A DNA stretch of 64,000 nucleotides, from contig OZ024740.1 of NCBI GenBank assembly GCA_964016885.1, positions 76,694,001-76,758,000 of the forward strand, given 5' to 3'. The notes beneath the pieces were generated by a model. The model worked only from the letters and a program-made list of their open reading frames with translations, was not told where the DNA came from and made no database searches. The number at the start of each line of letters is the position of its first letter. Positions within the stretch are counted from its first letter, which is position 1. Source of the stretch: Eledone cirrhosa. Taxonomy: Eukaryota. A program made the position numbers and the translations under genes. Positions 35,971 through 51,577 of this stretch are shown here, piece after piece.

Positions 35971-36586
<616 letters not shown>

Positions 36587-37193
36587 TATATATATATATA
36601 TATATATTGTTATATATATAGGAAAAGGTATGACCCCGATGGCAGAGCTCAAGCCGTTTCGACGGCTATTCCCCACTCTACTACACTAAGTATTGAGTAC
36701 TCTGGTGCGTTATGGTCCATATGGTTCCTTACCACAATTCCTTTATTATATATATATATATACATTATATATTATTCATTGTACATACATACGTAAATAC
36801 ATACATACATACATACATACATACATACATACATACATACATACATACATACATACATGATGGCTGCCCCCTCGTTATCGAGTATGGCCATCTATCGTGC
36901 AATGCCTGTGCGTGAAGATATTTTTTAAAGTGACGAAAGACTGTGCACTGAGCCAATCCCACTCTCTGAGCTACAGTAGCTATAACCCGAAAAGAAGAAA
37001 AGATCAACATCATCGGTAACTACTGAGCTGCAGGTTTTATATCGGAGTTATCCCAGTTTCCTAAGTTGCCTTCTCCTAGAAGAATGCCCTGAGAAAGGCT
37101 AGGGGTCCCTTACTTACAGTGGTTTAACCGCGCGAACAGGTGTCCAGCCCGACTATTTCTATGTCTCCGCGCATATACACACACATTTACAGA

Positions 37194-37278
<85 letters not shown>

Positions 37279-37458
37279 GGGAGAGAGGGAGGGGGAGAGA
37301 GAGAGTGAGAGAGAGAGAAACAGAGAGAGAAACAGATAGAAAGATAAATAGGTGGGCAGATATATATATATATACATCATTTATCTATCTGTCCACCTAT
37401 TTATCTTTCTATATATATATATATTCTATATATATCCTATATATATATACATGCATAC

Positions 37459-37489
<31 letters not shown>

Positions 37490-37592
37490 CATATAATATA
37501 TACCTCTATATATATACATCATTTATCTATCTGTTCACCTATTTATCTTTTTATATATATTCTATATATATTCTATATATATACATGCATAT

Positions 37593-37712
<120 letters not shown>

Positions 37713-37995
37713 GTATGCATATATATATATGTGTGTGTGTATATATGTGTATATACATTAATATGTTTATATATATATAAGTTTATCCCTGGTTCAATCT
37801 GAGGTAACCACAGTAAGTGAGGTACTCAATACAAAGCAGAGTATACATATTTAATATAGAAAAGCGTCTACAAGACTAGAACTGTTTCATTCGTGAGAAA
37901 TCATCATCCTATATATCCTATATATATATATGTATATATATAATATATGTAAATATATATATATATGTATGCATATATGTATGTGTGTGTATGCT

Positions 37996-38039
<44 letters not shown>

Positions 38040-38060
38040 CATTAATATGCTTATATATAT

Positions 38061-38148
<88 letters not shown>

Positions 38149-38284
38149 TTATAAACTAAAAATAGTCTTTTACAGTTAAATAACTCATAGAAAGGAATAT
38201 TTCCGAGACGTGTAATACAGATGAATATATGATAGCGATAAACACATGTACACTTGTATCAGTGTTTATCCCTATCATATATTC

Positions 38285-38412
<128 letters not shown>

Positions 38413-38413
38413 T

Positions 38414-38563
<150 letters not shown>

Positions 38564-38586
38564 TGAGATACTACAGGACTAGAATT

Positions 38587-38786
38587 NNNNNNNNNNNNNN
38601 NNNNNNNNNNNNNNNNNNNNNNNNNNNNNNNNNNNNNNNNNNNNNNNNNNNNNNNNNNNNNNNNNNNNNNNNNNNNNNNNNNNNNNNNNNNNNNNNNNNN
38701 NNNNNNNNNNNNNNNNNNNNNNNNNNNNNNNNNNNNNNNNNNNNNNNNNNNNNNNNNNNNNNNNNNNNNNNNNNNNNNNNNNNNNN
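38587..38786. other. Assembly gap (200 N)
   Basis: Run of n; the round length suggests a scaffold join. Confidence 0.99.
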
Positions 38787-38803
38787 TCGCTGGCGCCTTA
38801 TAT

Positions 38804-38900
<97 letters not shown>

Positions 38901-38991
38901 TGTATGTGTGTGCGTATAAATATATAAATACATATCTATATATATATATATATATATACACACAAACATACATAAATGCACACGCACACTT

Positions 38992-39053
<62 letters not shown>

Positions 39054-39069
39054 ATATATATATATATAT

Positions 39070-39728
39070 ATCGTGTAAAATACTTGTGCAAATTTTGAAT
39101 TTGTTTATGTATGTTTTTATATTAAATTTATGGGGTCGGCTTTTATATGGATACTCCTCTTTTTAGGGGATGAAATTCACGCTAGAATCCAGTGTACCAC
39201 ATCAGTAACAGAAGCCTAACTGGTCTTTAAACAGATATAAATAAAGCCACAATGAATTACAGTAATATATCACCGATTCTATGTATCAAAACACACATCC
39301 ATGTAAATAACAAAAGGCCGTAAATGGATGATGGGACGATCGCTGACCTGTGTCTGGAAATGAGGGAAATATAAAGTTTGCAGGCTTGCAGTACATCTTG
39401 TACATACATTTTAGTAATGATGTAGTATCCATCAACCGATGTATAGTGCTCCCTATTATATAGTATTTTACTATAAGCACCAAGCATTACATACAGTAAG
39501 GAAGGCACACGTTTGGGTAAATTTTTAGTGTTATAATATGAATTTTCCTTAAATTCATGACAATTTTGTAACAGGATGATGCATTGACCCACAAATTTTG
39601 ACGAGTAATCTGTGAAATACTAGGGTCGACTTTTATAGGAGGTCTATGAAAAATTCAAGGTTTTTTGGCCCAAACTAGGGAAGGTTAACTGTTACATGAG
39701 ATCGACTATTATTCGAGTATATACTGTA
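39070..39728. mobile_element. Possible Tc1/mariner-pogo-like non-autonomous element
   Basis: Repeated gggtcg(a/g)cttttata subterminal motifs and right end tattcgagtatatactg|TA; left end degenerate. Confidence 0.4.
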
Positions 39729-39912
39729 TAAATATATGTATATGAATCCTGAAATAGTCTAACTGTTGAAGCTTCCTCTCTAACCTTTTTGCCTCTACTC
39801 TTTGTTGACATACATTATCAGCGCATATCTTCCTTGATTCATGTCTATTTGATCATATTCTTGTATAACTAGCTAATTGAATATGCTTCACTCAGGAGAT
39901 ATAATATGATTG

Positions 39913-40129
39913 AAACATGTCACAGGCTGTCTCATACTCTACATCAGGCATGCCAAACATGTCACAGGCTGTCTCATACTCTACATCAGGCATGCCAAAC
40001 ATGTCACAGGCTGTCTCATACTCTACATCAGGCATGCCAAACATGTCACAGGCTGTCTCATACTCTACATCAGGCATGCCAAACATGTCACAGGCTGTCT
40101 CATACTCTACATCAGGCATGCCAAACATG
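39913..40129. repeat. 42-bp minisatellite, 5 perfect copies
   Basis: Unit aaacatgtcacaggctgtctcatactctacatcaggcatgcc. Confidence 0.96.
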
Positions 40130-40317
40130 CGACTTGCGGGCTGCATGTAGCCTTCTACAAGCACACCTGCGGCTCGGTCAATGGTTTTTACAGCGCGAGC
40201 ATGTTTTATCTTCGTAAAATTAGTTGTAATGTGTGCAATTAGTTGTCGTGGGTGGCCCTCAGACAACACATATGCGACCCTTGTGGCCCTCGGGGAACTT
40301 TCAGTTTGACATGCCTG
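40113..40317. mobile_element. hAT (Charlie-like) MITE
   Basis: TIRs caggcatgccaaac / gtttgacatgcctg; 8-bp flanks ctctacat / ctctaggt resemble an NTCTAGAN target duplication. Confidence 0.72.
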
Positions 40318-41039
40318 CTCTAGGTTCTAGTGTAAGGTCTCAAACTGGTCCAAATGACAGGCTGCAGATGACCTGACCCTTGCTTCCTTTATATCCCCTG
40401 AACTAACGCTAGCAGCTGAAGATAATTTGAAATTGTTTTAGCGAACATAACGATCTGTATATTAAATTTACATTCATTTCTACCTGAGCTTAAATAAACT
40501 AAGAAACATATTAATTTTTAATGAAATATTTGCATCAAATATTTTTGCCTATTTCTATTAACATTTTTATTTTAAGGTTTTATAAATGTAATAAAATTAA
40601 TGGACACGTATTATATACATATAAACACATACAAACACTTACACATACACACACGTGCACTCACGCATACACATACATATACACATACGCATAGACATAC
40701 TCAGATATATAACTAACTATCTATTCATTTATAAAGTTCTTTCAGCTTCAACAGATCTTTACGAGAAAAATCAAAAGAAAATGAACTGCAGAAAAAAAAA
40801 AACCATAACAATTAGCAATAAGAATAAATAACAATAGATTTTCTCCATAAAACGAATATTTGTGAGTCTGAGATCTCAGAATAGTTCGACAATGACCACG
40901 TGAATAATATTCTTGTTTTAGATTAACTTCAAAGATATATACGCCTACTTCTGCTTCCAGAATTATCCGAAGTATCCATATCTGTGGTATTTATTTCGGT
41001 AAAGATGTTACGTTAAGTGCACTGTAAGTATGTATATAT

Positions 41040-41117
<78 letters not shown>

Positions 41118-41799
41118 GTGTGTGTGTGTGGTTGGGTGTTTGTATATTTGTATATACATACGTGATGATGGTGGCTGCAACTCAATTTCGGGTAATGCCA
41201 TCGCTTGATACTTAAACATGAGTGACCTCCCAGCGAGATGTTTTAATGGAGACTAGGAGTCTCCACTCCATAAAAAAAAAAAAAAACGCAGAGGGGCAAA
41301 ATTTGGTTGGTATCATCGGGATTCAAGTCGATATGGTATTTATGTTGACAATGTTTCTATGATTTTTATCTAGACTCTCAAATTGCACAGCAGAAGCACC
41401 AGATCAGATATGGCAACAGAACTGAATACAAGAACGGATAATTAATTTATAAGGATGTCATATACATTCAGGCGTAAAAGTTTTCTGACACAACACAGAG
41501 AACTAATTTTATAAGCAGCAAACTTGGCAATCAATGCCTTAATATCATTCCAGCTCAAATCAGTGGAAAATGTCAGACCAAAAAGGCGAAAAGCGTGTTC
41601 GCTTAGAGGTTATGATCAACCATACTAACGGAAGACTGACGTTGTGCTCTATGGGGAGTTAAATCATCTGTTTTGTCTTACATGCACCACGAAGAAAATC
41701 ACAGAATGAATCCCAGTCAGCTCGATGGTAACAAAAAGTATTATAAACTGGATGCTCCTGACTAATAGAGACAAAGGACATTGATTATAGTTATTTCTA

Positions 41800-42780
41800 A
41801 CAGCCAAAATGTAATTAATCGAGGTAAAATAGGTAAATACCCAATTAATACCTTTAAAGAACTAGGAGTTATTAATATTACTATATCGACCAATCTAACG
41901 ACATTTAACTTCTGAAAGGTTACCTTGGGTTTGAAGCTCCGTAGACATGAACCTGGCAGAAAACAAAATAAGGAACACATTTACATCTACAAAAACTCAA
42001 CCCTTCTCACCATTTTGGGCTATCTTCCCTGTGATATTTCTAGAAGGAGCTCTAGGTTCTCATCTGATAAAAGTACGTTTAATAATTGCAAATTACCTCA
42101 GCAAAACGTCTAGAACATTGGATTTGGAGAAAATGTTTATTCAAAAAGTTGTTTGTCGTAAACATGAACAACTTCATCTAAAAAAAAAAAAAAAAAAAAT
42201 TAACGTAACCATAATTTAAATTGATTTAACCTTTATAAACCCGCAATGAAGTACCTCATAAATCGAAATTATTCTTCGAAGTAATCCCGATTTTTGCAAT
42301 TTCAAATTACTTTACCGGAAAATGTTATAGCTTCCCTATAAATGCATGGTTAATATGTTAAACAACATCTTAGATAGTTCGCATACAAACCACCTAACAA
42401 GTCTAAGAACCAGCAAATCAATTCCATGGATAGTTATCCGAATAATCTGGTTAGCTCGGAATGATGATAAGCTACAACTATGACTCAATACTACTCCATC
42501 AAAGATATTGAGCTCTCTTTTACGTTGTTTGAAGTGTTACCGTATATGTAATAACACAAATATACAACTACTTAAATATTGCTTCCAAGAGGCCAGCATT
42601 CTCAACGAACCAAGAAAAATAGTTTGAATATGGATCTACATTCCCTCCCACACTTGAGGAAACCTATCCTTATACTAGTCTACAGAACAGAATCTATATA
42701 AAACGACTGATCAGTAAAAGTGGAAAACATTAAAAAATGAACTTTAAGCAACACTTTTACGAGAACAACGAAAGAAACAA
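41800..42780 (+). pseudogene. Old Penelope-like RT remnant
   Basis: FNF*KVTLGL...RKQNKEHIYIYKNS...LPCDISRR...SSDKSTFN resembles the PLE NFLDVTL...YRKPN...YI...SNHP...ISKR region; further decayed motifs downstream. Confidence 0.55.
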
Positions 42781-43751
42781 GTAGAAGCTGCCTCATTGGC
42801 ACGCACAGCTTCTTTCTCTATATTGCAAATACTTAATTAAAAAAAACATTTTCTTTCATACACATTAAATATAGGCGGCAAATTTGTAGAGCCGTTAGAA
42901 CGTCGGATAAAAGGCTCTGAGGTATTCGTTCCGGCTCTCTTCTCTCAAATTCCACAGAGCTCAAATTTGGCTTTCATCCTTTCGAGGTTGATAAAAAAAT
43001 GTATCAGTACAGTACTGTGGTCGATTCTCCCTGTACATCTCTTCCTCACTTTCACTCTCAATCATTGCCAGGAAGGAAACTGCTGTGTTCAGTCCTGGAG
43101 AGAGATCGTCTCCGCCACGCTTAAAATGTTCAAGAAACGCCGTATGCTTCTACGGCATCCCTACGACTATATCATACCACATTAAATACAAATGAAAATA
43201 TCGCAAATGACAGGAGTGAACCATCTCAAAGAAACTTTCCTGTTTAAGGAATATATCTGTATACGATCTATCTGTAGCTTGGTGAGCTGAGATGAATTGG
43301 AAAGACTCGCATGGCATATGTTACCCTATATAATCTCAGGCCCCACCATTCTAGGTTTCAAATTCAAATAAGGTTTCCATTCTTCCGCTAGAAAATATTA
43401 AATTAGTTTCATATATACATTTCAGTCGACTCAGTAGACCATACGCATCCCGTTAAAAATATGCTACTATACGTACAGTCATTAATTTTATCCATTAATT
43501 ATCTAATTGTTTAATTAACTAATCATCAAATTAATTATATGTAGTTTTTTGTGTGTGTGTTTGTGTGTGAGTTCGGGTGTATGTTTGTGTGAGTTTGGCT
43601 GTATGTAAGTATGCGTGTATAAATACATGTTTTGAAGGTTTGTGCACTTAAGATCATTGATCGTGCATCGAATAAAGGACTTAACTTTTTATTTAGTCAT
43701 ATATCGACAAAACCTCGAACTAAACCGGCATAGACATTAATAATGAATATA

Positions 43752-43845
<94 letters not shown>

Positions 43846-43995
43846 AGAAAGGAGTCAGGACCCCGACGGGTGAGCTCTGACTCTTTTCCTATGACCCATA
43901 TTATTACCCACACTACTACCCCAAGTATTAAGTAGTCTGGTGCGTTATGGTCCACCTGGTTCCTTACCACACCCTCTTTGTTATATATATGTATG

Positions 43996-44043
<48 letters not shown>

Positions 44044-44317
44044 CACAGTTATGCCAATGTCTTTTACTGTATCCTAGTATTGACTACTAGCTTGTACATG
44101 TGAAGTATGGTTGGTGGAAACTGTGTACCCCGATTTATTAGACAAGATTTATTAGACAAAAACCATGTACAAGCCCGACGTATATTTTTGACCTTCCTGC
44201 TGATTTCATACGAATGAAATATTTCTAGGCCTGTAGAAATCATTTCTATATAAGATAAAGATATATATTCTACTGATGTATTGAGTACTTTTTTAACTGC
44301 GGTCATCTCCCGATACC

Positions 44318-44354
<37 letters not shown>

Positions 44355-44499
44355 CTTATGGTACTGAGAGACCGAGGGGACCATTAAGGCTTGCTGAACG
44401 CACAAGCCGAAACTGTTTGGTGCCGCGGTCGGGATAGAACATCTCTCTTTCTCTCCCACCCCTCTCTCTCTCCCTTTCTCTCTCTCTCTACCCCCCCCC

Positions 44500-44536
<37 letters not shown>

Positions 44537-46421
44537 GCGTGTGCATGTATGAACGTGAGTATATGTGTGTGCCTACGTGTGTAAGTACGTGTCTGAGTGT
44601 GCATGCATGTGTGTTTACATGCATGCCTTCACTAAGTATTTAAATGCTTTATATTAGTATTTTCCCTGTGGAATAACACAAAGAAAGAAAACATTGTTAT
44701 TTTGTTTAACAATACTAAATTTAAATGTTCGTTCTTGTAGCATCAGTTTAATAGTTTGAGGCATCAGTTAAATCGTTTGTAGCATCAGTTTTAACAAGGC
44801 GTTTGTTTTTTTATAACGTTGTTGTCGTTGTCGTTGTTGTTGTTGATGTTGGTGTTGTTGTTGTTGTTGTTGTTTTTGTTGTTGTTTCTTTTTAAACTTT
44901 AATGTGAAAAGCAGACAAAACTGTTCAGAATGGGGAATTTACAACAAGCATACAGCTGCCACGTGGCCACCAAAACTTACAGATATATTTCGAAGACGGA
45001 AAGAAAGAGATATATAGTTGAGAATATCTTCGACAACCTCCTGGAATAATAAAATAATCTTTCTAGGTGTCAAATTCCCATCACTTATTCAGCCTGTCAG
45101 TTGTAACCACTACGTTACCATGTCTTTTTTTTCTAGCATATTATATCAATGGACATATAGCTCCTGCCGCAACTATATGTATCTTTTTTTAAATACTGTA
45201 GGAGTAAGTTTGTAAATTTGACAGCTATTTCTAGCTTGTTATATGACAGCGCAGAGGTCTGCTCATTTCCAGAAATAGACTAGATCGATTATAGAGTAAG
45301 TGTAGTAAGTTCAAATTATTCAAAATTATTCAAAATTGTGAGATTAACTTTGCTGCGATTTTACAATTTAGTAGTACTACTGTTGTTGCAGCCATTACTC
45401 GTAATTGAGTAAGGCTTGACAGTATGTATCATGCTTTCACTAAGGGTTTTACGTGACTATGCAGTTGCCGGCAGACATAATTATTATCCAATTCTCTAAA
45501 AAATCAGAGTTAGATTATTGACGTCAAATATACGAGGATCAGTTGCTTTGGTGCAAAATTATGGCCATGCTGTTATGACCTTTTCCAGTTGTGGATTTGA
45601 ACGATTATACAAGAATATCAGAGACCTTGTAGCCTTTGTCAAGAATAGTGGATTACATTCGTTTATTATTTGTAAAAAAAAAATAAAAAAATTATAAAAT
45701 CTTTTCATTTACAAAACAGACAAACACAATTTTAAAATAATATATTTTCAGTTAAAAAAAAATCTTTCACTTTGATCTAGAAATACACAGGTTTATTTGG
45801 AAATCGCTAAATTTGACTGTTATAGATTTCCAGCTTTAAGGTGGATGTGGCACCAAAGCAAAAAAAATCATTAAAAATTTCAAATTGACGTGGTCAAGAT
45901 AGACAAAGATGTGGGTTCGTGTCCCATGTACGTCAATGCTCATACTTTTTCCATTCTGTGGGTTTTTATAACTCCAACTATTAGGTTAATTTACTTAGTC
46001 ACAAATACGGCGGAAGCTCTATTTCACTATCTAATTTTATTCTTTGATGTTTTATGCATGTAAGGTGTATATGCAATCATTTAGAGGATAAATGGTGAAT
46101 GAGGCTGTTTTCGCCTCACACTAGGAAGGGCTGTACAATTGATGAAGGTGGGTCACATGTTCAAATATTTGGCAGGTCATGCTGGAGTACTATAATGTGT
46201 GAAAGACCACCCAATACGCATCTATTATAGTTATCAAGATGCAACTAATGAGCGATTCTCATTAGAACTGCTGGCAATGAATTTTAATCAACAGGTCTTG
46301 AAATTTGAGGATTCTGAAAGCTTTTTTGGAAAACCTCCCTTCGATAGCGTCAATCGGATAATGCTGTCCTCCGGCTACATGATATCGCTGTATGTTTAAT
46401 ACCTGAAACTTTCATTTAAAC

Positions 46422-46712
46422 CAGACGTGAGCAACCTTTTTCGAGAAGTGGGCCGTATGAGATATGGCTCATCATCAGGTGGGCCGCAAGCGCTGATTTA
46501 CATTCGTGCCCACATTAAAAAAAAAGTGTGGTAACTCAGGTTGTTTTGATTTGTTTCTTCAAAATTCGTACACGTTGTTTTCCTCGATCGTAAAAATGAT
46601 AGAGAGAGAAATTATGAATGAAAAGTTGGAGTAAATAAATCTGAAAGATTTCACTTAGGTGACTTAGGCGAGACATTCAGAAAGTTTCCGGGCCGCAGGT
46701 TGCCCATGACTG
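46422..46712. mobile_element. hAT-type MITE with exact 8-bp TSD
   Basis: TIRs cagacgtgagcaacct / aggttgcccatgactg; atttaaac duplicated at 46414-46421 and 46713-46720. Confidence 0.85.
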
Positions 46713-46921
46713 ATTTAAACAAAACCTGCAATACTGTGATCCATTAAACCATGGAGTTTCTTTATCGATGATCATCATATTTTGGGAGAGCGCTCAAATC
46801 TGTGGTCCCCTAGTTTCCAGAATTGTGACAAGGATGTGGAGTGTTGATGTAGGTAGGAAAGACTATTGAAAGTGTTCGCTGTGGGTTCCGTTTAATTACT
46901 TTCTTTTGAATATAGCCAGGT

Positions 46922-47089
46922 GGGTCGGACACCATGCTTTGACGCATAGAGTTACGGTCCTTGCCATTCTGAGTTCAAATCTCGCTGAGGTGAATTTTGC
47001 CTTTCATCCTTACGGGGTCGATAAAATAAAGTACCAGTAATGCACTGGGTATTTGCTGGCCTTGTGCCAAGAGTAGAAGCAATTATTAT
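46922..47089 (+). mobile_element. tRNA-derived SINE, slightly 5'-truncated
   Basis: Same family as 34844-35036; ends GCCTTGTGCCAAGAGTAGAAGCAATTATTAT. Confidence 0.9.
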
Positions 47090-47221
47090 ACAAGCTTAAT
47101 ATTTGACTACTTTGGTAAAACAGGCTCCACCAGGGTGTGTGCTTGTGTGTATGTGTGCATGCACGTGTATTTGTGTAATAGCAATATGCACGCACACACA
47201 CAGACAAACACACACACATAG

Positions 47222-47300
<79 letters not shown>

Positions 47301-47305
<5 letters not shown>

Positions 47306-47919
47306 AAATGGGGAGAAGAATACTGCAGGTTGCACATGGATAACATGTTATAAAATGAGTCCCTCGTCAGTGATTTGCCAACGATCATAGATATTTCATT
47401 GCATTAAAAATCATATACCTCACGTTGGTGCAATAATAACTAAATTAAGTTATTAGGACAATTAAAACGCGTAAAGCGAGTGAGACAAGTAAACAACAAA
47501 GAGGAAAGCTAACCGTAGATAGGAAGGGCACAAGCTACATAGTTATTCTGTCAGCATAAGCTGGGTGAATATATGAGCGCGTAGAAAAAAGACCTTTCGA
47601 GATGAATCCAAATGTAAGAAAGAAGGAAATTGTTTTCGTCGCGAACGGAGTGAAGTGAGAAGGGGAGAAACAGTGAGTGAGTGAGTGGAAGTGTGAGGAA
47701 GAGGTCAGTAGAGAGAAAGTGTTAATGACATGACAGAGGGGGCGAAAGAAAGTAAGAGAAACAGAGAGAACGAGGGAGCAGTAAGAGAGAGAGAGAGAAA
47801 AACAGAATCGCAGTTTAGGTAAATATATGTGAAAAAATGGGGAGAAGAATACCGCAGGTTGCACATGGATAACATGTTATAAAATGAGTCCCTCATCAGT
47901 GATTTGCCAACGATCATAG

Positions 47920-47923
<4 letters not shown>
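47301..47923. repeat. About 94-bp direct repeat at 529-bp spacing, bounded by (TA)n
   Basis: tgaaaaaatggggagaagaata...gatcatagatat at 47301-47394 and 47830-47923. Confidence 0.9.
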
Positions 47924-47961
<38 letters not shown>

Positions 47962-48081
47962 TATAGACATAGAATATTCGAAAATATTCTGTATGTTTAT
48001 AATAAACATTTTGAAGACCTAATCGCTATAGAATAGAATACGTCACGTATTACAATTAGATTCTCGATAAAAGCAAGGGAA

Positions 48082-48124
48082 GTAATCTACGCGTTTCATT
48101 CTTGTTAGAATTCATCAGGACTAC
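48082..48124 (-). ncRNA. Type I hammerhead ribozyme, first of 6 on - (others start at 48392, 48702, 49012, 49322, 49632)
   Basis: GTAGTC-CTGATGA-ATTCT aaca AGAAT-GAAAC GC GTA-GATTAC: complete core, stems I and II pair, palindromic helix III ACGCGT, GUA cleavage triplet. Confidence 0.85.
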
Positions 48125-50142
48125 ATATCCAGTGCTTTTATCGAGAATGACACAGCTAGAGACTTATAGAATACTTAGCTGTGTACTGGAACTGGTTTGA
48201 AAGAGCGGTTGCCGGTCCGGCAGAAATTAGAAATTGGAATAAATGCTCTGAAATAGCGATATATATGTGAGTATAGACATAGAATATTCGAAAATATTCT
48301 GTATGTTTATAATAAACATTTTGAAGACCTAATCGCTATAGAATAGAATACGTCACGTATTACAATTAGATTCTCGATAAAAGCAAGGGAAGTAATCTAC
48401 GCGTTTCATTCTTGTTAGAATTCATCAGGACTACATATCCAGTGCTTTTATCGAGAATGACACAGCTAGAGACTTATAGAATACTTAGCTGTGTACTGGA
48501 ACTGGTTTGAAAGAGCGGTTGCCGGTCCGGCAGAAATTAGAAATTGGAATAAATGCTCTGAAATAGCGATATATATGTGAGTATAGACATAGAATATTCG
48601 AAAATATTCTGTATGTTTATAATAAACATTTTGAAGACCTAATCGCTATAGAATAGAATACGTCACGTATTACAATTAGATTCTCGATAAAAGCAAGGGA
48701 AGTAATCTACGCGTTTCATTCTTGTTAGAATTCATCAGGACTACATATCCAGTGCTTTTATCGAGAATGACACAGCTAGAGACTTATAGAATACTTAGCT
48801 GTGTACTGGAACTGGTTTGAAAGAGCGGTTGCCGGTCCGGCAGAAATTAGAAATTGGAATAAATGCTCTGAAATAGCGATATATATGTGAGTATAGACAT
48901 AGAATATTCGAAAATATTCTGTATGTTTATAATAAACATTTTGAAGACCTAATCGCTATAGAATAGAATACGTCACGTATTACAATTAGATTCTCGATAA
49001 AAGCAAGGGAAGTAATCTACGCGTTTCATTCTTGTTAGAATTCATCAGGACTACATATCCAGTGCTTTTATCGAGAATGACACAGCTAGAGACTTATAGA
49101 ATACTTAGCTGTGTACTGGAACTGGTTTGAAAGAGCGGTTGCCGGTCCGGCAGAAATTAGAAATTGGAATAAATGCTCTGAAATAGCGATATATATGTGA
49201 GTATAGACATAGAATATTCGAAAATATTCTGTATGTTTATAATAAACATTTTGAAGACCTAATCGCTATAGAATAGAATACGTCACGTATTACAATTAGA
49301 TTCTCGATAAAAGCAAGGGAAGTAATCTACGCGTTTCATTCTTGTTAGAATTCATCAGGACTACATATCCAGTGCTTTTATCGAGAATGACACAGCTAGA
49401 GACTTATAGAATACTTAGCTGTGTACTGGAACTGGTTTGAAAGAGCGGTTGCCGGTCCGGCAGAAATTAGAAATTGGAATAAATGCTCTGAAATAGCGAT
49501 ATATATGTGAGTATAGACATAGAATATTCGAAAATATTCTGTATGTTTATAATAAACATTTTGAAGACCTAATCGCTATAGAATAGAATACGTCACGTAT
49601 TACAATTAGATTCTCGATAAAAGCAAGGGAAGTAATCTACGCGTTTCATTCTTGTTAGAATTCATCAGGACTACATATCCAGTGCTTTTATCGAGAATGA
49701 CACAGCTAGAGACTTATAGAATACTTAGCTGTGTACTGGAACTGGTTTGAAAGAGCGGTTGCCGGTCCGGCAGAAATTAGAAATTGGAATAAATGCTCTG
49801 AAATAGCGATATATATGTGAGTATAGACATAGAATATTCGAAAATATTCTGTATGTTTATAATAAACATTTTGAAGACCTAATCGCTATAGAATAGAATA
49901 CGTCACGTATTACAATTAGATTCTCGATAAAAGCAAGGGAAGTAATCTACAGGGAAGTAAACATACAGAATATTTTCGAATATTCTATGTCTATACTCAC
50001 ATATATATCGCTATTTCAGAGCATTTATTCCAATTTCTAATTTCTGCCGGACCGGCAACCGCTCTTTCAAACCAGTTCCAGTACACAGCTAAGTATTCTA
50101 TAAGTCTCTAGCTGTGTCATTCTCGATAAAAGCACTGGATAT

Positions 50143-50185
50143 GTAGTCCTGATGAATTCTAACAAGAATGAAACGCGTAGATTAC
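50143..50185 (+). ncRNA. Type I hammerhead ribozyme, first of 5 on + (others start at 50453, 50763, 51072, 51382)
   Basis: gtagtcctgatgaattctaacaagaatgaaacgcgtagattac; stem I is extended by a 16-bp helix attctcgataaaagca / tgcttttatcgagaat. Confidence 0.85.
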
Positions 50186-51577
50186 TTCCCTTGCTTTTAT
50201 CGAGAATCTAATTGTAATACGTGACGTATTCTATTCTATAGCGATTAGGTCTTCAAAATGTTTATTATAAACATACAGAATATTTTCGAATATTCTATGT
50301 CTATACTCACATATATATCGCTATTTCAGAGCATTTATTCCAATTTCTAATTTCTGCCGGACCGGCAACCGCTCTTTCAAACCAGTTCCAGTACACAGCT
50401 AAGTATTCTATAAGTCTCTAGCTGTGTCATTCTCGATAAAAGCACTGGATATGTAGTCCTGATGAATTCTAACAAGAATGAAACGCGTAGATTACTTCCC
50501 TTGCTTTTATCGAGAATCTAATTGTAATACGTGACGTATTCTATTCTATAGCGATTAGGTCTTCAAAATGTTTATTATAAACATACAGAATATTTTCGAA
50601 TATTCTATGTCTATACTCACATATATATCGCTATTTCAGAGCATTTATTCCAATTTCTAATTTCTGCCGGACCGGCAACCGCTCTTTCAAACCAGTTCCA
50701 GTACACAGCTAAGTATTCTATAAGTCTCTAGCTGTGTCATTCTCGATAAAAGCACTGGATATGTAGTCCTGATGAATTCTAACAAGAATGAAACGCGTAG
50801 ATTACTTCCCTTGCTTTTATCGAGAATCTAATTGTAATACGTGACGTATTCTATTCTATAGCGATTAGGTCTTCAAAATGTTTATTATAAACATACAGAA
50901 TATTTTCGAATATTCTATGTCTATACTCACATATATATCGCTATTTCAGAGCATTTATTCCAATTTCTAATTTCTGCCGGACCGCAACCGCTCTTTCAAA
51001 CCAGTTCCAGTACACAGCTAAGTATTCTATAAGTCTCTAGCTGTGTCATTCTCGATAAAAGCACTGGATATGTAGTCCTGATGAATTCTAACAAGAATGA
51101 AACGCGTAGATTACTTCCCTTGCTTTTATCGAGAATCTAATTGTAATACGTGACGTATTCTATTCTATAGCGATTAGGTCTTCAAAATGTTTATTATAAA
51201 CATACAGAATATTTTCGAATATTCTATGTCTATACTCACATATATATCGCTATTTCAGAGCATTTATTCCAATTTCTAATTTCTGCCGGACCGGCAACCG
51301 CTCTTTCAAACCAGTTCCAGTACACAGCTAAGTATTCTATAAGTCTCTAGCTGTGTCATTCTCGATAAAAGCACTGGATATGTAGTCCTGATGAATTCTA
51401 ACAAGAATGAAACGCGTAGATTACTTCCCTTGCTTTTATCGAGAATCTAATTGTAATACGTGACGTATTCTATTCTATAGCGATTAGGTCTTCAAAATGT
51501 TTATTATAAACATACAGAATATTTTCGAATATTCTATGTCTATACTCACATATATATCGCTATTTCAGAGCATTTAT

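Noticed and set aside
39892-40269. 125-aa ORF with repeated MFGMPDVEYETACD
   Set aside because: Product of the 42-bp minisatellite, open in several frames and overlapping a MITE.
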